Origin: Ranitomeya imitator
Lineage: Eukaryota
Length of the DNA stretch: 64,000 nt
Direction of reading: 5' to 3'
Assembly (NCBI RefSeq): GCF_032444005.1
Contig: NC_091286.1
Span: 18,414,001 to 18,478,000, forward strand
Below, one piece after another: positions 62,751 through 64,000 of the stretch. The notes under the pieces were generated by a model, which saw only the letters and a program-made list of their open reading frames with translations, searched no databases and was not told the origin of the DNA. The position numbers and the translations under genes are program-made. The first letter of the stretch is position 1. The number at the start of each line of letters is the position of its first letter.

Positions 62751-64000
62751 GTAAGGGGCACAGACACATTCCTCCTGGATTTTAACAAATTCCTTCCCGA
62801 TTTCAAACATGTGGGCAGACGGTCGTCATAGTCTAAAATGTCATTGCACAGTAAGCAGCTGCAAAAAGATTGTCAGACACAGCAGGCAGAGATGGTTTAT
62901 TACTATCTCTGCCTTCCTGATCAATGTATACACAGCACTGTGGTGTGTACAGGTTAGGAGGTGCTGACAGCGCTTCTTCCTCCCTGTTCCAGTGATCATC
63001 AGGTGCTGGGAGAGCAGGAGCTGCTGAGTCCTAACAGCCCAAGACCAGCTCCCCAGTGCAGCCAGGAGGCTGAATTTCATATGTTGCCTCATTACAGGGG
63101 AGATATGCTTTTAAATGCTCTCCAAAGGGTGTTTCCACCCCCCCCCCTGCAAAAGAAAACAAAAATCGAATGGTAAAATGAATGGTGCCATTCAAAAACT
63201 AAAACTTGTGTCGCAAAAAAAACCAAACCCTGATACGGCGATGTCAACGGACAAAAAAAAAGTGATGGTAATTAGTCTTTATCATTACTGGTCCCTGTTC
63301 TGTGCAGCAGCGTTGTTTTTAGGCCACGAGGGTTATTGAAAACACATGGGTACAATGCAATCCGGCAGGATGGTCAGCATTTCAATCTATCTTAAATAGT
63401 AGAGTACATGGGATCAAAGCCATTATATATCCTGAAGACGGTAACCTTGTTAGAATATTTGGACTTTGGTTCCCAACTCAGGACCCCTGTTCCGTGCGGT
63501 GCCACATTTCCTACGGCAGCCCATAGCACGCTGAGGTGGGCTGGTCACTAAGAGGTTAATAACATACGAGCAAACACTCGATAAACGCTTTACCATCACA
63601 TAGAAAACTGCCGGTGTCAGTCTTTTCATGGAAGCCGGAGTAAGTGGATTAGATATTGATTTTTCTCACCCACCTGGGTGACGCTGCATCGCTGCCGACC
63701 AGTATGATCATGCACTTGACCATTAACTATCAGCGCTCGCGAGGGTCCTGCATACCCCAGGGTATTGCTGTTTTATGTGTGGTCAGGCTAAATGCCTATG
63801 CTTCCCATCATCCGTGTCACTGGCTGAATGGACGGTGTGCTCATCCATCGCCGTGATGTGCAAAGGATAAAAAATACGGCGCTCCTAGCGAGACGGATGT
63901 TTAGTACCATTACTTCATTCATCCTCGCCGTACAGAGCGCGTCAGGCAAAATAGTCCTTACTGTCAAGTCTTGATGTCCTAAACACGAGAAATCGTGTCT

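Noticed and set aside
62751-64000. Next CLIP4 exon (second GKNDG motif)
   Set aside because: Not found before the window end.

Overview
Vertebrate genomic DNA, almost certainly amphibian. The repeat content suggests a hyloid frog, which is an inference. The window holds two head-to-head host genes in the same arrangement as the human PCARE/CLIP4 locus. PCARE (C2orf71) has its giant first coding exon on the minus strand (9542-5752); its last exon lies outside the window. CLIP4 is on the plus strand, with a candidate CpG promoter/exon 1 at about 17.6-17.8 kb and 11 coding exons from 27044 to 62750; the gene continues past the window end. The rest is mostly tandem arrays (51, ~35, 13-30, 39, 22, 86 and 62 bp units) and transposons: two near-identical CR1 copies, a full-length but decayed DIRS1 retrotransposon (ITRs, ICR, three nested insertions), an apparently intact 8.5 kb hAT transposon (TIRs, 8-bp TSD) with a non-autonomous derivative, plus solo LTRs, MITEs, and L2, RTE and Helitron-like fragments. 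I found no prokaryote-type system such as CRISPR. The best leads are (i) a DIRS promoter, ATG and splice donor lying in phase with CLIP4 exon 8, (ii) the intact hAT/MITE pair, and (iii) a small promoter squeezed between two minisatellites of opposite G-skew. All three are hypotheses that need RNA or population data.
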